DNA of 64,000 bases from Ginglymostoma cirratum (GCA_024137785.1 JAHRHZ010000267.1:8387342-8451341); one strand, 5' to 3'; positions 22,720 through 37,210 are shown, counted from the first letter of the stretch. Numbers and translations are program-made. Notes: generated by a model not told the origin, from the letters alone.

Positions 22720-23575
22720 GTAAATGATTGGTGATGAATAGACTTATAACTAGTGACAAAGTACAGATTCCTGAAACAATGAAACTAGAATTTACAAATC
22801 ATTTGTGAAGTCGCTGGTTTATCTCCCATGTGATGTTAACAGTGTTAACTCTTTGGGGAGTGGGAGATCCATAATTCATCAACACTTCAGGCCTGAGGGA
22901 GATCTGAAGATCTTTCTCCTGAGGGAAAGAACAACAGCAATTCCCCCCAAAACCCCTGCAATGTCTCCCTCATTCTAAGGGTTACAGTCACTGATACTAG
23001 GACTCTGGGGAATTTCATATACCTCATGTATGTGTTGAATCCTGACTTACAGCCGAAAACTACAAATTCTTCGTACTGAACCCCCACTTCAAGCATAAAA
23101 TCAAACATGCCAAGATGTAAGCATACTGGATAACAATATAGAACGGCACATCAGCAGAGATGCCTGTTCAGCTTCTCGCGGTTGTTTACAAACCATTTTA
23201 TCCCCTCACACTACTGTTAATGGTAGGGTTGATGGGAACAGTCTTTGACATGACAACAGCAAAGGTATGTCGATCGGACAGGACAGATTGCAATCTTTCC
23301 AAAGTCTCACTCCTGTGAAACTAAACTCTTAGCCTTAGGAATATAACTTTTACTTGAGTATATATAGTAACTTAGAAAAGTACTGTGCTATATAAATTTA
23401 GTTGCAATACGTAGTCTCAATTTCAAATATGTACTTCATCTAATTATTATTCTTCTAATTCAATTCTGATTCATTTTCTGCATTGATTAAAATCCTATTA
23501 CCTTAACCTTCAATTAATTTGCATGCTTTAGCTGGGGAATATGGGAACACCTAATAATTTATTTTCCATGTTCAG

Positions 23576-23716
23576 GTGGTTTATTTCACTGCGACATTCC
23601 CGTACGTGGTTCTGGCCATACTCCTCATCCGAGGGGTTACCCTGGAGGGAGCCTCTAAAGGAATTGAGTTCTACATTGGAAGCCAATCAGACTTCTCTAA
23701 ACTGGCTGAGGCTCAG
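23576..23716 (+). CDS. SLC6A14: SLC6A14-like copy A exon 7
   Basis: ttcag|GTG...CAG|gtaagt, 141 bp; [47 protein letters not shown]. Confidence 0.94.
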
Positions 23717-24619
23717 GTAAGTACACCAGTTCAATCCTTAGAATTTCAGCTGTGATTTTGAGTGAAGCTCTCATTTTGCTGCATACCAAAGGTAAACATT
23801 TTTAAGAGCTACCTGCTACTGTTGTTTTATTGTTCAAATGTAGGGAAACAAAGGCAGAACTTTTGTGAACTGATCCGCTTGCAGTAGGAATGTCTACAGT
23901 CAAGTGGCTTTGGCTATGACTGTGTGATTCAGCCATGGTATTGACTTCGGGGTCCAGGGATGAACAAACAGCCTACCTTTACATCTGCTGAAGCTGCAAG
24001 GACAGTCCCAGATACGTTTGATAAAATAAAATGGAAGAAGAAGACTTTTTGATTGAATTGAACAAAGCGCTTTGTTTGAAATGCTATACTGATGGAAATT
24101 TCATGACATGCATGAAAATCTCAACGATTAAGCGCTTCAAACCTTCTTTGCCATTTACCCTCCCAAGTGGACAGTAATCTTCAGGTGAAGGGTATGATCA
24201 GAGTGAATGATGACCAAAGTGTGTGGCCTTCATAAGGAATGCTTTGTCTGTTGGAATGTTTGTATTGAGGGAGTGGGAGTGGGAGTGGGGTGTCAGTGGG
24301 ATTGTATTAGAGTACCTTTTGGGTTCGCATACTCTGATTAGCTGAATGATGCCAATGGCTGTAGTGTAGAAATCTCTGAGAACTACTCAAGTGGTGACAG
24401 CTACTCTGACCATTTAGGTCTCCTGCTTTTAAATTTCCTGGTCCTCCAAGGATGCTGGATGGCCAGTGACTTCTTCATTCAGAAGTTCCTGTCCTCTCTG
24501 CAGTGCTATGTTGTGCAAGAGCTCTACTATCCTGGACACCATTGTTGGTGACTACTGAAGGGAGCCTGCAGATTTATCCTGGTAACTGAATCACATCTTT
24601 ACCAACTAAATGTCTTGCT

Positions 24620-25490
24620 TGATGCTTGTCCTTATGCTTGTGTGATACTTGTAACTTTCCTTTGCATCAGTCACAAGGTTTCTCATGGATATTATACCTA
24701 TGTGCATGGAAACCAGATCTTATCGCCACAGAATTGTTCACGGCTTTGCATTTTTGCAGGTCTCTGGGAATAATAGTGCTGAATAAAGATGCTAGAGAAG
24801 CTTCCAGAATGCCTCGGCATGAAACCTTCATATACATGAAACCTTCCACTGCTCAGATGCTGATTGAACATTGATGGAGCGGAATACCTGGAAATTGTCA
24901 AATATTACAGGTGGATCTGAGGTTGTCTTGAATGCCACATGTATATTTTCCACGGGTCCATTTATCAGCCATGGCGTGAATCTCTATGCCTGAGGGCCTC
25001 ATCAGTATCAACATGGATATGAGGTGTGCCCTTGGCAAATGTAACCTTGCACACTTGAGAGCCGTATTTTTGGGCAGCTAACTGTGAAATCCTGCAGGAG
25101 TCTGGAGGTGAAGCTGTTCAGGGCTGTGCTTACCTTGGACAAGACTGATAATACATACCCACCTCAACCACCTTCTTCCAGAAGACTGTGGATATCAGCA
25201 AAGACATACCACAGAAGTCTGACTCTCCGAAGGCACTATTTGTCTGTCATATCGAGGAAGCTAATCCTCCACTTGTGTACCTTGTGCCAGGTGTACATCC
25301 TCCCTGGAACGGGATCTCTGTGTGCACCATCTCTGTGTGATGGAGAGGCATGTGGCTGTGGAGAAGTTTGCTGTGTTTCTCCTTGTGCTGTTGGTATTGG
25401 TGTCCCCCCTGTTCCCCATCAGAGGTCAGTTGGAGCTGGGAAAGCTCCCATCCTACTATGCTGCTTGACAGCATGGCAGTCCAGATCAAT
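24620..25490 (-). mobile_element. Degenerate PIF/Harbinger transposase remnant
   Basis: FRSINVQ and RHSGSFSSIFI resemble the HARBI1-type FHSINVQ / RYPGSCHDSFI. Confidence 0.5.
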
Positions 25491-25959
25491 GTGAGATATT
25501 TTTGTATATTCATTCATGGGACGTGGACATTGACGGTCAGGCCAGCATTTTTTATCCATTCTGAACTGCCTTGAGGGCTGTTGGGAGTCAAACACACGTA
25601 GGTCCGGATCTTAATACAAGATTTTTATTGAATTTAAGTTCTAGCGTTCCATCTTGGCAGGATTTGAGATGTCTGAAAAAGGTGAAATCAGCTGTGAAAC
25701 TGCACTCTCAGAAGCAGACCTGGGAGTGCAGGACTCTCACATAGACAGAGAAGCAGCTCAGCAGTTTTCTTCTATGAAGGAGTTCAGGCTTGACAACCTC
25801 TTTCGGTGATAATTCTCCACGGTGATCTCAATTTATTCATCCTGGCAAATTTATGCACAAGCTGTTAATGCCAGGAAGCTGGTCCTAAGTTTGGATTAAT
25901 TGGCTATTTACATGTTCAAACTAAAGATCCAACACACTAGCGAGTTGTGATATATGACT

Positions 25960-26400
25960 GGTTCACAAGAATGATCCAGGGATTGAAGGGCTTGTCACAT
26001 GAGGCGTGGCTGAGTCTCTGAGTCTGTTCTCAATACAACATGAAAGGATGAGGGGGTACCTCTTAGAAACTTACAGAATACTGGGAGGTTTGGGTTGAAT
26101 GGATGTAGAGAAGATGTTTCCTCAGAGTGAAAGGATGACCCTGTAGAACTGAGATGAGGAGGAATTTCTCCAGCCAGAGGGTGGTTAATCTGTGGAACTC
26201 ATTGCCACAGAAGGCCAAATTTTTGAGTGTCTTAAGACAGAGATAGATAGGCTCTTGATTACTGAGGGGATCAATGGTTACAGGGCAGAAGGCAGGAGAA
26301 TTCAGTTCAGAAACATATCAGCCAAAATCATATACTGGAGCAGATTCAATTGGCCAAATGGCCTAATTCTGCTCCTGTATTTTGTGGTGTTATGGACTTC
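25960..26400 (+). mobile_element. CR1 LINE 3' fragment
   Basis: RRNFSSQRVVNLWNSLPQ-type tail. Confidence 0.75.
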
Positions 26401-27464
26401 AGACATGACCTGGTCAAAAATGGAAGACAGCAGGATCACGTCAGATTTCAAACAAGCTGGCAATATTCCAAGATTGAACTACATGACTATTGTCAAACAC
26501 GTGCTACCCTGTGGCAGTTAAAACGTCATCTCTAATTTTGGTTGCAGCAATATCCAGACTCTTTACATTGAGATCTTGCTAAATTTGACATTTTAATGCC
26601 AACAAATTGTGATAGAATCAGAGAAAATGGTTAGGATGGGGTGAGATAGGTAGGCGCAATGTAAGATGCAATAGAGTGAAATGGAATTGGTTTTGAGGAA
26701 GGGTCACTGGACCTGAAACGTCAACTCTGTTTTCTTTCAACAGATGCTGTCAGACCTGCTGAGTTTCTCCAGCAATTTCTGATTTTATTTCAGATTTCCA
26801 GCATCTGCAGTTCTTTGTTGCATTTGAAACGAATGGAAACAGACAGAAAAAAAGTGGGCAGGATGGGATGGAATATCATGAAATGGCTGCTGTATTCCAT
26901 TCTTGTGACCGATTTTTTAAAATATCATTCGATAAATTCATCAATTTTTTTTTCAGTTAATAGTCAGACCAATGTAAATATGTCTGAGTCATTTTTTTAA
27001 CTATAATTTTATTTAATTGGAAAATTAGATTTGTAACATGTATTTAACCACTGTTCAGATCTAATTATTAATTTAGACAGACTTTGTTCTCTTTAGATAA
27101 AAGCCTCTATTTTGGTATTTTAAATCAGTCCTTGGATGCTGTTTTGAATGAAAGAATAGAGGTTGCCGAGTACAAGTGAATGTGCTACAAGGAAAGAATC
27201 AAACCATTTAATCGAAAACATGGTTTATAGAGGAAATCCATCAACGCTCCTGGAAGGAATTTAACCATGATTAATAGACAGAGGGATATAACAGTGACCA
27301 CACTATTTAATACCAATTATCAAAAAGAAGTTTTTTTTTTAGCCCCAATGAAGTTGGGGGCCAAACCCATTCCAAGTTTTTTGTGGTTAGTGCAATTTTG
27401 TCTGTTCAACGAACTTCAGTGTGATTTCCTGATGCTGGTTGTTTTTTTCCCTTCTGTTTTGTAG

Positions 27465-27693
27465 GTCTGGAAGGATGCTGCAATCCAAATTTTCTTTACT
27501 TTCTCTGTGGGTTCTGGTACTTTAATAGCATTGTCATCCTACAACAAATTCCACAACAACTGTTACCGAGATACCATCATTGTCTGTGTCGTTAATTGTG
27601 CTACGAGTGTGTTTGCTGGATTTGTCGTTTTCTCCATCCTTGGACTCATGGCTCTTGTACAAGACAAGCCTGTCTCAGAGCTTGTACAGTCAG
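27465..27693 (+). CDS. SLC6A14: SLC6A14-like copy A exon 8 (TM6-TM7)
   Basis: tgtag|GTC...TCAG|gtaaat, 229 bp; [76 protein letters not shown]. Confidence 0.94.
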
Positions 27694-27929
27694 GTAAATG
27701 CAGCGTCCAATTTGCTGTCTTCTGTTAAAATATTTCCAAACTTGTGGCGAAGCTGATGGGCAAAGGTAGCCTAGTTGAAGGATTCAAGGAGTGGTTTCGG
27801 GATAGTTTCACAGAGCAGCAAGTTCGGAAGCCAATGAAAAGGACAAACTATACCAGACCTCATACTGTGCAACAAGAAAGGATTAATGCCTAATCTCTTG
27901 CTGAAGCTGCTCCAAGCTAGCATTTTATA

Positions 27930-30680
27930 TTCAGCTTAGAGCAGGAGAAGTGAGGGTAAAATATTTTAGCAAACTTAAATAAGGAACAACTATGAGGGCA
28001 GGAAAATAGAGCTGGCTAAATTGAATTGGCAAATTAGACTGAAGGACAGTTCAATAGTGACACAGAAGAAACCATTTAGTGGGGTTTTCAGAATATACAC
28101 AACATATTCATTTTAAAGAGAAATAAAAATTTTAAGGATGGACACACCATTCACCGTTAATTTAAAAATAGCGTCAAATTTAAAGAAAAAGAACTTAATT
28201 GTGGAAAGAGAGGTGGCACGTCAGAAAACTCAGCAGAATATAACAAACAGCAAAGAATGACGAAACAGTAATTCACAAGGAATAATTAGAGTTGGAAAGA
28301 AAGATAGCCAGAAATACAAGGACAGGTAGTAAGCATTTTTATAAATGCTTAGAAAAGAAAACTGAACAGACTAAGCATCGGTCATAGAGAACGTGAGCCT
28401 GGAGAATTAATCATGGAAAATAAAGAGATGGCAAATTAATTGAACAGATATTTTGCATCAGACTTCATCATACAGAAGTAGCAATACATCAGGGAACGGA
28501 AAGGAGGGAGGAACTCAGGAAAATCACAATCAACAGAGAAGTGTTAATAAACAAGTTGTTGGAATGCAATCTGATGCATGCCTGAGTCCTGACTGATTTT
28601 GTTCTCATGTCTTAAAAGAAGTGGCTAGTGACATAGTTGATGCATTTGCTTTAATTTTCCAAAGCGCCCTCAATTCAGGAAAGGTACCATAGGCTTGGAG
28701 GGTAGTGAATGGACCTGCTTTGTTCAAAAAGAGAGGGAGAAAGAAGGCAGATCAATCAAGTTAACATCTATCATCGGAAAAATATTACAAGCTATCAATC
28801 ATACTGGGGCATTTTAGATAAATTTTAGATAATGAGGAAGATCCAACATGGTTTTGTGAAAGGGAAATAATGTTTGCCTAATCTGTTGACGTTCTTTAAG
28901 GAAGGGTTTATGTGTTGCTGATAAAGGGTAACCTGAGATGTTCTAACCTCCAGAAGGCATTTGACAACATGCCACAAAAGCTGTCATGAACGTTAAAGCT
29001 TGTGATGTAGAAGATGTTGGCTGGCTAACAGGAAGCAAAGAGTACATATAAATGGGTCTTTTTAAGGCTGGCAAATGCTCTTCCATGAGAATTGGTGCTG
29101 GGACCTCAACTGTTTACAATTTATATAAATGACTATGGTGAAGAGATGCAGAGCAAGGTCACCATATTTGTTGACAACATTAGGATAATGTTATGGACCA
29201 GACCAGACCCCCTCAAACCATGTCAAGGAAATAGCCTACACCCTAACATTTTCTTATTTTAAAGGCAAGTGCCAGGTGTTGCATTCCAGATGCAATTTAA
29301 TTGGTCAAAATAGCAGTCTTGAAGCTAAGCACATTTTTCTCATACACTGCAGTTAAAAGACAAGAAAAGAGAGAAGAAATGGGAATAACTTAACTGTATT
29401 GGAAAACTTAGCAGAATAATAGAATATTTAACTACTAAATAGTAACTGTTTCAATATTATAACATCCTATAATCACACCTTTGGCAAAGGCAAATCCAGT
29501 GAAATAGATTGTTTCACAGGCACTTCTAGCAGCTGGAAGTGAGCCCCTGACTTTTAGCTGTAACAGAGAGAGGAAAAACAGCTTACACATCCAGCTTTGA
29601 GATCCCAGCAGCAAATGCTACTGAACAGCTAAACTAAAAATCCTTCTTCTGTTTGAGCTTGACCCCCACCCATTCAGGCTGCTTCTATTCTTCCAACTTT
29701 TAAAAAAAAATTTAAAAACCCCAAGGTCTCACAAGCTGTTTACTTTATTAGCCGTGAGCAGACTGCTTGGTCTCTCTATCTCAACCTTTCTTCATAAAAT
29801 AAAAACAGGACAACATACACCTCTTAAAGCCCTAGTCTCATCACAATAGTTAGAAAAGTGAGTTGAGAAGGGGACATAAGGAGGCTACAAAAAGATATAG
29901 ATAGCTGAAGTAAGTAGACAAAATGTGATAAATGTAGGAAAAGACTAGATTGTCCATTTTGGCAGGAAGAATACAAATGAAACATCTCATCTAAATGGCA
30001 AAGGAGTTCCGAGCTCTAATTTGCAGAGGTATTCGACTGTCTTGCTGCATAAATTACAAAAACAGCTAATATGCAAACTTTGCATGTAATTAGCAAAGCT
30101 AATAGAATGTTATATTTTATTGTGGTGGGAATTGAATACAAAAGTAGGTAGGTTATTGTTCAGTTTTGCAGGACATTGGTGAGACAGCCTATGTACAGTC
30201 ATCTTAATTACAGAGGAAGTAAATGCATTGGAAGCAGTTTGGAGAAGCTTTATTAGTTTAATAGCTGGAATGTATAAGATAGCTTATGAGAAAGGTTGTC
30301 AGTCTAGGCTCATACCTGCTGGAACATAAGAAGTTACTTGATTGAAACATTTAAGATCCTGATGGGTCTTCATGGAAGAATTTAGAACTATCTGTCAGAA
30401 ATAAAGGCATGCTCATTTAAAATATGTGGTGATTTCATTTCTCTCACAGACAATTGAAAGTCTTTGGAACTCTCTTGCGAAAAGATAGTGGAGACAGAGT
30501 CTTTGGATACTTTTTAACATCAAGTTGGATAGATTCTTGTTAAGCAGTGGGTGAAAGGTTATCAGGGTGGACAGGAATGTGGATTTGAGGTTACAGGCAG
30601 ATTAGACATGATCTTGTTGAATGGTAGAGATGGGTCAAGGAAGAGAATGGATAACTCCTGCCTCTTTTTCACATGTTCGC
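27930..30680 (+). mobile_element. Old CR1 LINE ORF2 relic interrupted by a solo LTR
   Basis: Degenerate QHGFVKGK.CL.NLL.FF, GPQLFTIYIND and 3' tail motifs. Confidence 0.75.
29189..29845. mobile_element. Solo LTR (657 bp) nested in CR1
   Basis: TGTTATG...CATCACA termini; flanks ataa/atag (4-bp TSD with one mismatch); the CR1 sequence resumes on both sides. Confidence 0.7.
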
Positions 30681-31619
30681 ATTTCACCCAATCACAACCT
30701 CTCCATCCTGTTGGCAAAGCCTGGATCTGATTGTTATAGCTGCATAATGATCAAAACTGACTTTTACAAAGATCAGTCCTGAAGAGGTTCGGAGTTCCAT
30801 TAAATATTGTGATGCTTTACAAGAAAGTTTTAGATAAGTTTGCTAAGTGAACTTCCAACTGAAGGGATATAATTTAGGAGCCAAAAAGTTTTGAGTTATG
30901 GTCTGGGGTTGGGATGGCTTTGTAGGTAGGAATTGGGGAAGTCCCAGATTAACTAAGTTCTCTCGGCCAAGGTTACAACAAATATTAGCCAGTACTGCAA
31001 CAGTAACCATTAAACAATTCAGGCACAAATGGTTCCAATCAACATTGATAAATGACAGTATGATCTGGTCTGCAGATTATGTCAATACAAGTAATTTATT
31101 GCAATATGGCTCCTAAGGTCAGAGTGATAGCTTTGGGTCTCTACATGTAGTGAAAGGATTTATAACTTTTACAAGAGGCTTATAAAGTTTGAAGGAAAAT
31201 TGTTCCACTTTTATACTCTTTGGTACATAGTATCTTACCAACGTCATCGCAGACTAAACTTCTTACACAGCAGGAAAATAAAAAGGTTGCCCACTTCTCC
31301 TATCTCTCAGCCTTTACATGTTTCCGTAATGCTAGCTTACAAGATGGCCTTGCATGTCAGATTATGACAGTCTTGGAACCAGCCTGCGCCCTAACTGCAG
31401 AAATTCCTAACATTAGCCGTCTTCACATATGCTTCGTCTACAGTCTTCCCTCCATGTAAGATCAGAAGTGAGATGTCTGTTGTTGATCACAGAATGTTCA
31501 TTGCCATTTGTCAGTCCATAGTCCCAATTCATGTGCAGCAAGACCTTGATTGTGTTCAGGCTTGGCTTTATCAGTTTGACTAACATTTAGATCACATAAG
31601 TGCCAGGCTATGAAATCAG

Positions 31620-32290
31620 AGGGAGTTGAATGTGAACACACGCAAGTTTGAAGCTGGAAGAGGAGGTTGAGATAATGGTTGTGAAGAAAAATGGATTCTG
31701 AGCTTTATGAATAGAAAACTGCAATGGCTACAACTGGAATTTAGTGTCCAGGTCAGGACATTAGGAAAGACTTTATGAAGCACTGCTGGAGGATGTGAAG
31801 GCATTGGATAGCATACCGATAAATATCACAGGAGTTGATTCCAGGGAGAAGAAATTTGAGTTATGTGAATAGATTGGAGAAATTCGGCCTGCTGTCCTTG
31901 AAGGACAGAAGATTAAAAGAGTACTTGATCAATGTATTCAAAATCATGAGGGGTCTGAACAGAGTGAATAGTGAGCAATTGGTCCTTAATCGTAAGGATC
32001 AAGTACCAGAGGACACCAATTCACATCAATTGGCAAAAGGAGCAGTGGGTAACATGAGGAAAAGGTTTCTACACAGTGAATGTTTAGGATCTGGAATACA
32101 CTGCCTGAGAGCTTAGTGGAGGAAGATTCAACCATGGCTTTCAAAAGAGAGTTGGCTCATTACCTGAGGAGAATAGTTTACACGCCCATGGGTGAAGGGC
32201 AGGGAAGTGCAACCAAAGCGCGTTGGTCTTCTGGAAAGCCAGCGCAGATATGATGGACTGTGTGGCCTCCTCCTGTGTTGTAACCATTCT
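31620..32290 (+). mobile_element. CR1 LINE 3' fragment
   Basis: MIPGRRNLSYVNRLEKFGLLSL...VFKIMRG. Confidence 0.75.
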
Positions 32291-33835
32291 TTGATCTTTC
32301 TCGAGACATTGGTGAGCAAGTCAAAATTCTCACTTTTACTCATTATTTGGGGACTAATGCATGGAAGTTCTTAAATATCATTTCCACTTTCCTCTGTTCC
32401 TGATGACTGTGGTATTGATTTAGATAGATGTTGTGTGAGGTAACCATGAGTTTTCAAAGTTTGACAAAAGCGAGAGCTTTGGTTACTATCAAGTGATTTT
32501 AGAAGGTGCCTCAACTGAGTAATGGTCACTTACAGGATAGAAGTGCTTAAAGAAAATCTCACCATGTAGAGGATTAAAGAGGAGAATGTCACAGGAGTGG
32601 GTTTGTGTATTAGAAGGGAGTCACTGGGTGAGTCGATAATCCCTAAAACTATAAAAAAAAGGCACAGCATGGGCTGTAACAATGGATTGTGCTGTTGTAG
32701 TCATGGGTGTACTTGTAGGATAGCCATGAAATTTGGAAGAAAATAGGTTGGGCAGGACAAACCTGTCTTTTATTTAGGTAACTGGCTAAGCTTTAAGATA
32801 GAGCTTCAAGGGTTTACTTGTGAGGCAATGTGTTTTAGCAGCCCAAATAACTCCAAATTAGTTGATCAGCTGCAAGATTTCCAATATGATGAGACTGCAA
32901 GGGTAAAAGACATGGATTTTATCATTAAGTCTTGATCGTGGTTAAAGGTAATTGGTTGACAAGAGTGGGGAATTGAGAAGTTGGTGAGTCAATCTTTTTT
33001 TAGAGGTCATTTGGAGGCAAAGTCACTCAGGACATTTGTGTCAGATCTTCCTGCACAACATCCACATTCTCGGAGCAACAATCTGGGAATGAATCCAACT
33101 ATTACTTCTCCTACTGCCTTTTCAGTGTATTTCAGGAGTGCCTCTTGTCCCCTATTTAGATAGAACATATTGTTTCCCATACATCAAGACATTTAGCGCA
33201 TTCTCTGAAATCCTGTATTCACTGTGGAACGTTAAACTTTTACTCGAAACTAATGCAGAGCAGATGGCCTTTTGAAACATCACTTTGTGCAGCGATAATA
33301 AACCTGGCCTTTGAGGAGCTGGTCTATCTTAAAGTAGAATTAAACACTTGCAAGCAGGGCAGCTTCCTGTTGATGCATGCAGCTGACGGACAGCATAGAT
33401 AAAGCCTACTGCCCAGAGTGATCAAGAATCATATGTCACCACATTAATGAGCTAGCTGCTACACAGTGAACGGAATGGGCTGTCTGAGTATGCCTTAGCT
33501 GCATTTAAAATTGAGTCCAAGGTTTTAGACTTGCTCTCAAAAAAAGTTGTTGAGTTAATAATTAGTCTCAATTTAAAAAAAATTGAAACAATATTTTATG
33601 TCAATATATAGTTTTGAAAAATATGCACACTGTGAAGATAACATTTTGGAAATGTTTCCACAGCTCAAACCTGGCACTGAATTGACAATATTACTCAATG
33701 CTGTCCCTAGATGGATTAATAAAGGGAAAATGTCACAATGGTCACTCTTTCGAGAGTGGCCTCCTAACACATTGTTGGTTAAAGTAGATGGACCTTTATT
33801 CTCTCCTTACAGCACGATTACTTTTACCATATCAG

Positions 33836-33961
33836 GTTTTGGTTTGGCTTTCATTGCGTATCCAGAGATTGCTGCACAGTTGCCGTGGGCACCCTTATGG
33901 TCAATTTTATTTGTCCTCATGCTGGTCACTTTGGCAACCGACACTCTGTTTGCAGCTTTGG
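33836..33961 (+). CDS. SLC6A14: SLC6A14-like copy A exon 9 (EL4-TM8)
   Basis: atcag|GT...TTGG|gtaaga, 126 bp; GFGLAFIAYPEIAAQLPWAPLWSILFVLMLVTLATDTLFAAL. Confidence 0.93.
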
Positions 33962-36900
33962 GTAAGAACGACATGTTCTAATCATTCTCTTTGTGGGTTT
34001 TAATTATAACAGAAGGTGATGAACTATTCTTAGTGAATGATTGGATGAATGTTCAATATCCTTGTATCAATTCTCTGCTCGTCGTCTTAATTGAGTATGG
34101 GGTTGCTTTAAATGAGTTAACAGCCTCATTAAAGTTCAAAGGAAATCACCCTAACATTTAAAAAAAAACTCAGAATAATTTCGGCTCACCAGAACATTTA
34201 TTGCAAAAATTATTTGCTCTGTTTCAAATTTTAGATATATTTAACAAAACAATAAAACTCATACAAATTGCAGGAAGTCACTAAGCCCGGCATAGCCCAG
34301 CTGTTACACTGTTCCTTTATAAACTGCTTTCAGTTATCCACATTGAATTTTCTTACCCTTCTCATGTATCTTTTCTCATTGTTCCTTTTCACATCTTTAC
34401 TCAATTCCCTTTTGAACAATGTAATGGCATGGTTTCCTCGTGTTAATGAGATGCATAGCTCTGTTCAGGAAATGTCCCATCATGCCACACAGCCTCAGTA
34501 GAAAGTGCCGAGAATTACGTGGTTTTCAATCCTGGGATGGATGGGTGTGAGCTGAAGTGAAGTCCACTGTGTCCAGACACAGATCGGAGGTGCCTGTGTG
34601 GTCTGCCCGATGCTGGGGTAAACTGTTTAAACAGATTGGCCTTGGGACTTTATGGTGCGTCCTAATTGTTTGATTGCATTTTATGCCCTCTGGGCTCAAT
34701 CCTTGCCCTCCCAACCCAACCATGTCAATTCAATGCCAGCTCATGCCTGAACCCATAACCTCAGTAGTCTATTTGAATTTAATACCACTCAGTACCACTC
34801 CATGTCCATTTATACTCTCCATGCCAACTCATGCCATCCCCTCAATCCCAATGGCCCTGCATACACTATATGCCAACACTTCACCCACACCCATACTTAA
34901 TATCCTCTCTTCCGACGCATTGCATTTCCATGCCCACCCATTCAATTCACACTCTGGGCAGAAATAATGATATCCATAGAAACAATGGCATGTGTGGAAC
35001 TGCTTACAAACATACATTCATACTTTTCAGATAATATGTTGCTACAATCTGAAAGAAAATTCAATCAACCAGACCCATAACTAACAACACCTGACATCTT
35101 TCTAGCTTGTACAAATAACATTGAGCCATTGGCAAAGGAGGTCATAAGTAAAAATGTTAATTATAACATCATAAACTGTCATACATCTCCCCAGATGTGA
35201 CAACAAGTTAAATTATATGAGTTTAGACTCTTAGTGGAGCACGCATGGTGCACTTCCAGTAGTTTCTATAGGAGTATTTATTTGGGAGGGGTATATCTCT
35301 CAAGGACTCCTGAATTTCCTGTTTCTTCTTGCTCTTCTATATGTTATCAGGTTATTATACTGACCCCTCAATGCCTGTGGGTTGATCAGCTTCTGCAATG
35401 TATGATCCAGAAAGTTCTCTTTCTCCCTGACCCTCCACAGTGAGTCCAATTCCCCCACAGTCCCAGAAATCCTAATCTTGAAGTGGAGCTGCAGGAGACA
35501 CTCTATATGCACGAAGCCACCCAAGACAAAATGTCACATCCTGAAGAAACTATAGGGGGCAGGAAGCGCATGTAACAGATCTCAGATGCCTATCCTTGAT
35601 ATAAAACCTTCTCACTGCTTCCTATCAGGATTTATCCCACACAGTCACACTCAGTCTCATTCCCACACTGGTCTCTCTCAGTTCTCCCTTTAATCCTCTC
35701 CCAGCTCTCCTCATCTTCCACTACTCTTGTACAGGAGCACAGTAACATATCCTTGTCTAATACAAGTCTGTCAATCTCAGTTCTGAAATTTTCCAATTGA
35801 ACCTGAACCTCAACACCTTTTTGATGGAGTGAATTCCAAATTTCTGTAACTCTTGGTGTGAGGAAGCGCTTCCTGCCATCACCCCTCCATTGTCAAGCTG
35901 TGATTTTGAGGTTATTTCCTCTTTTCCTGAACTCCCCACTAGACTCAATTCTGTCAAATGCTTTGACCATGTTACACATCTCACCTATAATCATCTATAC
36001 TAGAGGGTCTGGAAGCTTAATTTATACTACAGTTCCTCATAATTTTACCCCTGATATAATTCTGGTGAACCTTCACTTGACTTCCTTCGAGTTTAATATA
36101 ATCCTTCCAGACGAGCGGTATGCAGAACCGAATTCAATACTCCAGCTGTAACATAATGTTTACTACATTCTATTTTAACCCATTGAAATATAAGATAAGA
36201 TTCAGTTAAACTTCTAAGATTACTTTTGTAGCTGTCCATCATGTTTTTAATGATTTTTATGCCTGAACCCTTGAGTCTCACTTCTAATTCACATATCTTA
36301 AATCCAAAGTGGATGTTTGAAATTTGTCACATTGAGCTCAATCTACCATTTTAACCCATTCACTTAATTTAATCATGTCTCCTTGCAACTTTCTGCATGA
36401 TTTATCATGCTACCAAACTTCATTTTGTCAGCAAACTTTAATATATGTCTTTGCATTTCTTCATTTAAGTCATTGGTGAAAAATCGATAACGCAGTGCAG
36501 AATTTTTTTGAAAATATATAGTCACATCCTGCCAAATACAGTAATTATCTATTATTCTTACTCTCAGTTCCCTACTTGCTAACCAAGATCAGATGTTTAT
36601 CAGAGATATGCCTCCCATAGTATATATTTACATTTCTCTTAATGGGCTCTTGAACAGAACCCAATGTCTCTTATTTATCTATTACTCCCTTATCTATCAT
36701 GTTAATTCTTGCAAGATGTTCAAATCAGTTTTGTTAGACATGGTTTACCCATTATAAATCTGTGTTGACTCCCCTGGTCAGGTCATATTTGTCCAGGTCT
36801 CAATTGTTTCTCACCAAACACAGATCCAACACTGTCAAATCTCTGTTTTTGGTACAAACATGTTTAACCACAAATGAGCCTTGTGATAACATTCAGGTTT

Positions 36901-37091
36901 GAATGCTGTAAAGGATTGAAAGCCTGAGAGTCTCTCCAATGATTGAGAGAGCATACTCATGATAAAATGGAATGTGTCTCCATCTGCTCCTCTGGTCTGC
37001 TGAGCTTTGGTACCTCCCGGCCAGGTAACTGTGGGACTGTGTAAGTTATTAGTCAATTACTGATTGCGAGCAACAATGTTCATTTTCCCAG

Positions 37092-37210
37092 AAAAAATCA
37101 TAACAACTCTGCTGGACAGGTTTCCTACATACCTACGATCAAAGCGCTTTTGTCTGACAACTGGCATTTGCATGTTATTTTATCTGCTTGGCCTTGTGAG
37201 TGTAACACAG
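37092..37210 (+). CDS. SLC6A14: SLC6A14-like copy A exon 10
   Basis: cccag|AA...ACAG|gtatgt, 119 bp; EKIITTLLDRFPTYLRSKRFCLTTGICMLFYLLGLVSVTQ. Confidence 0.9.
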
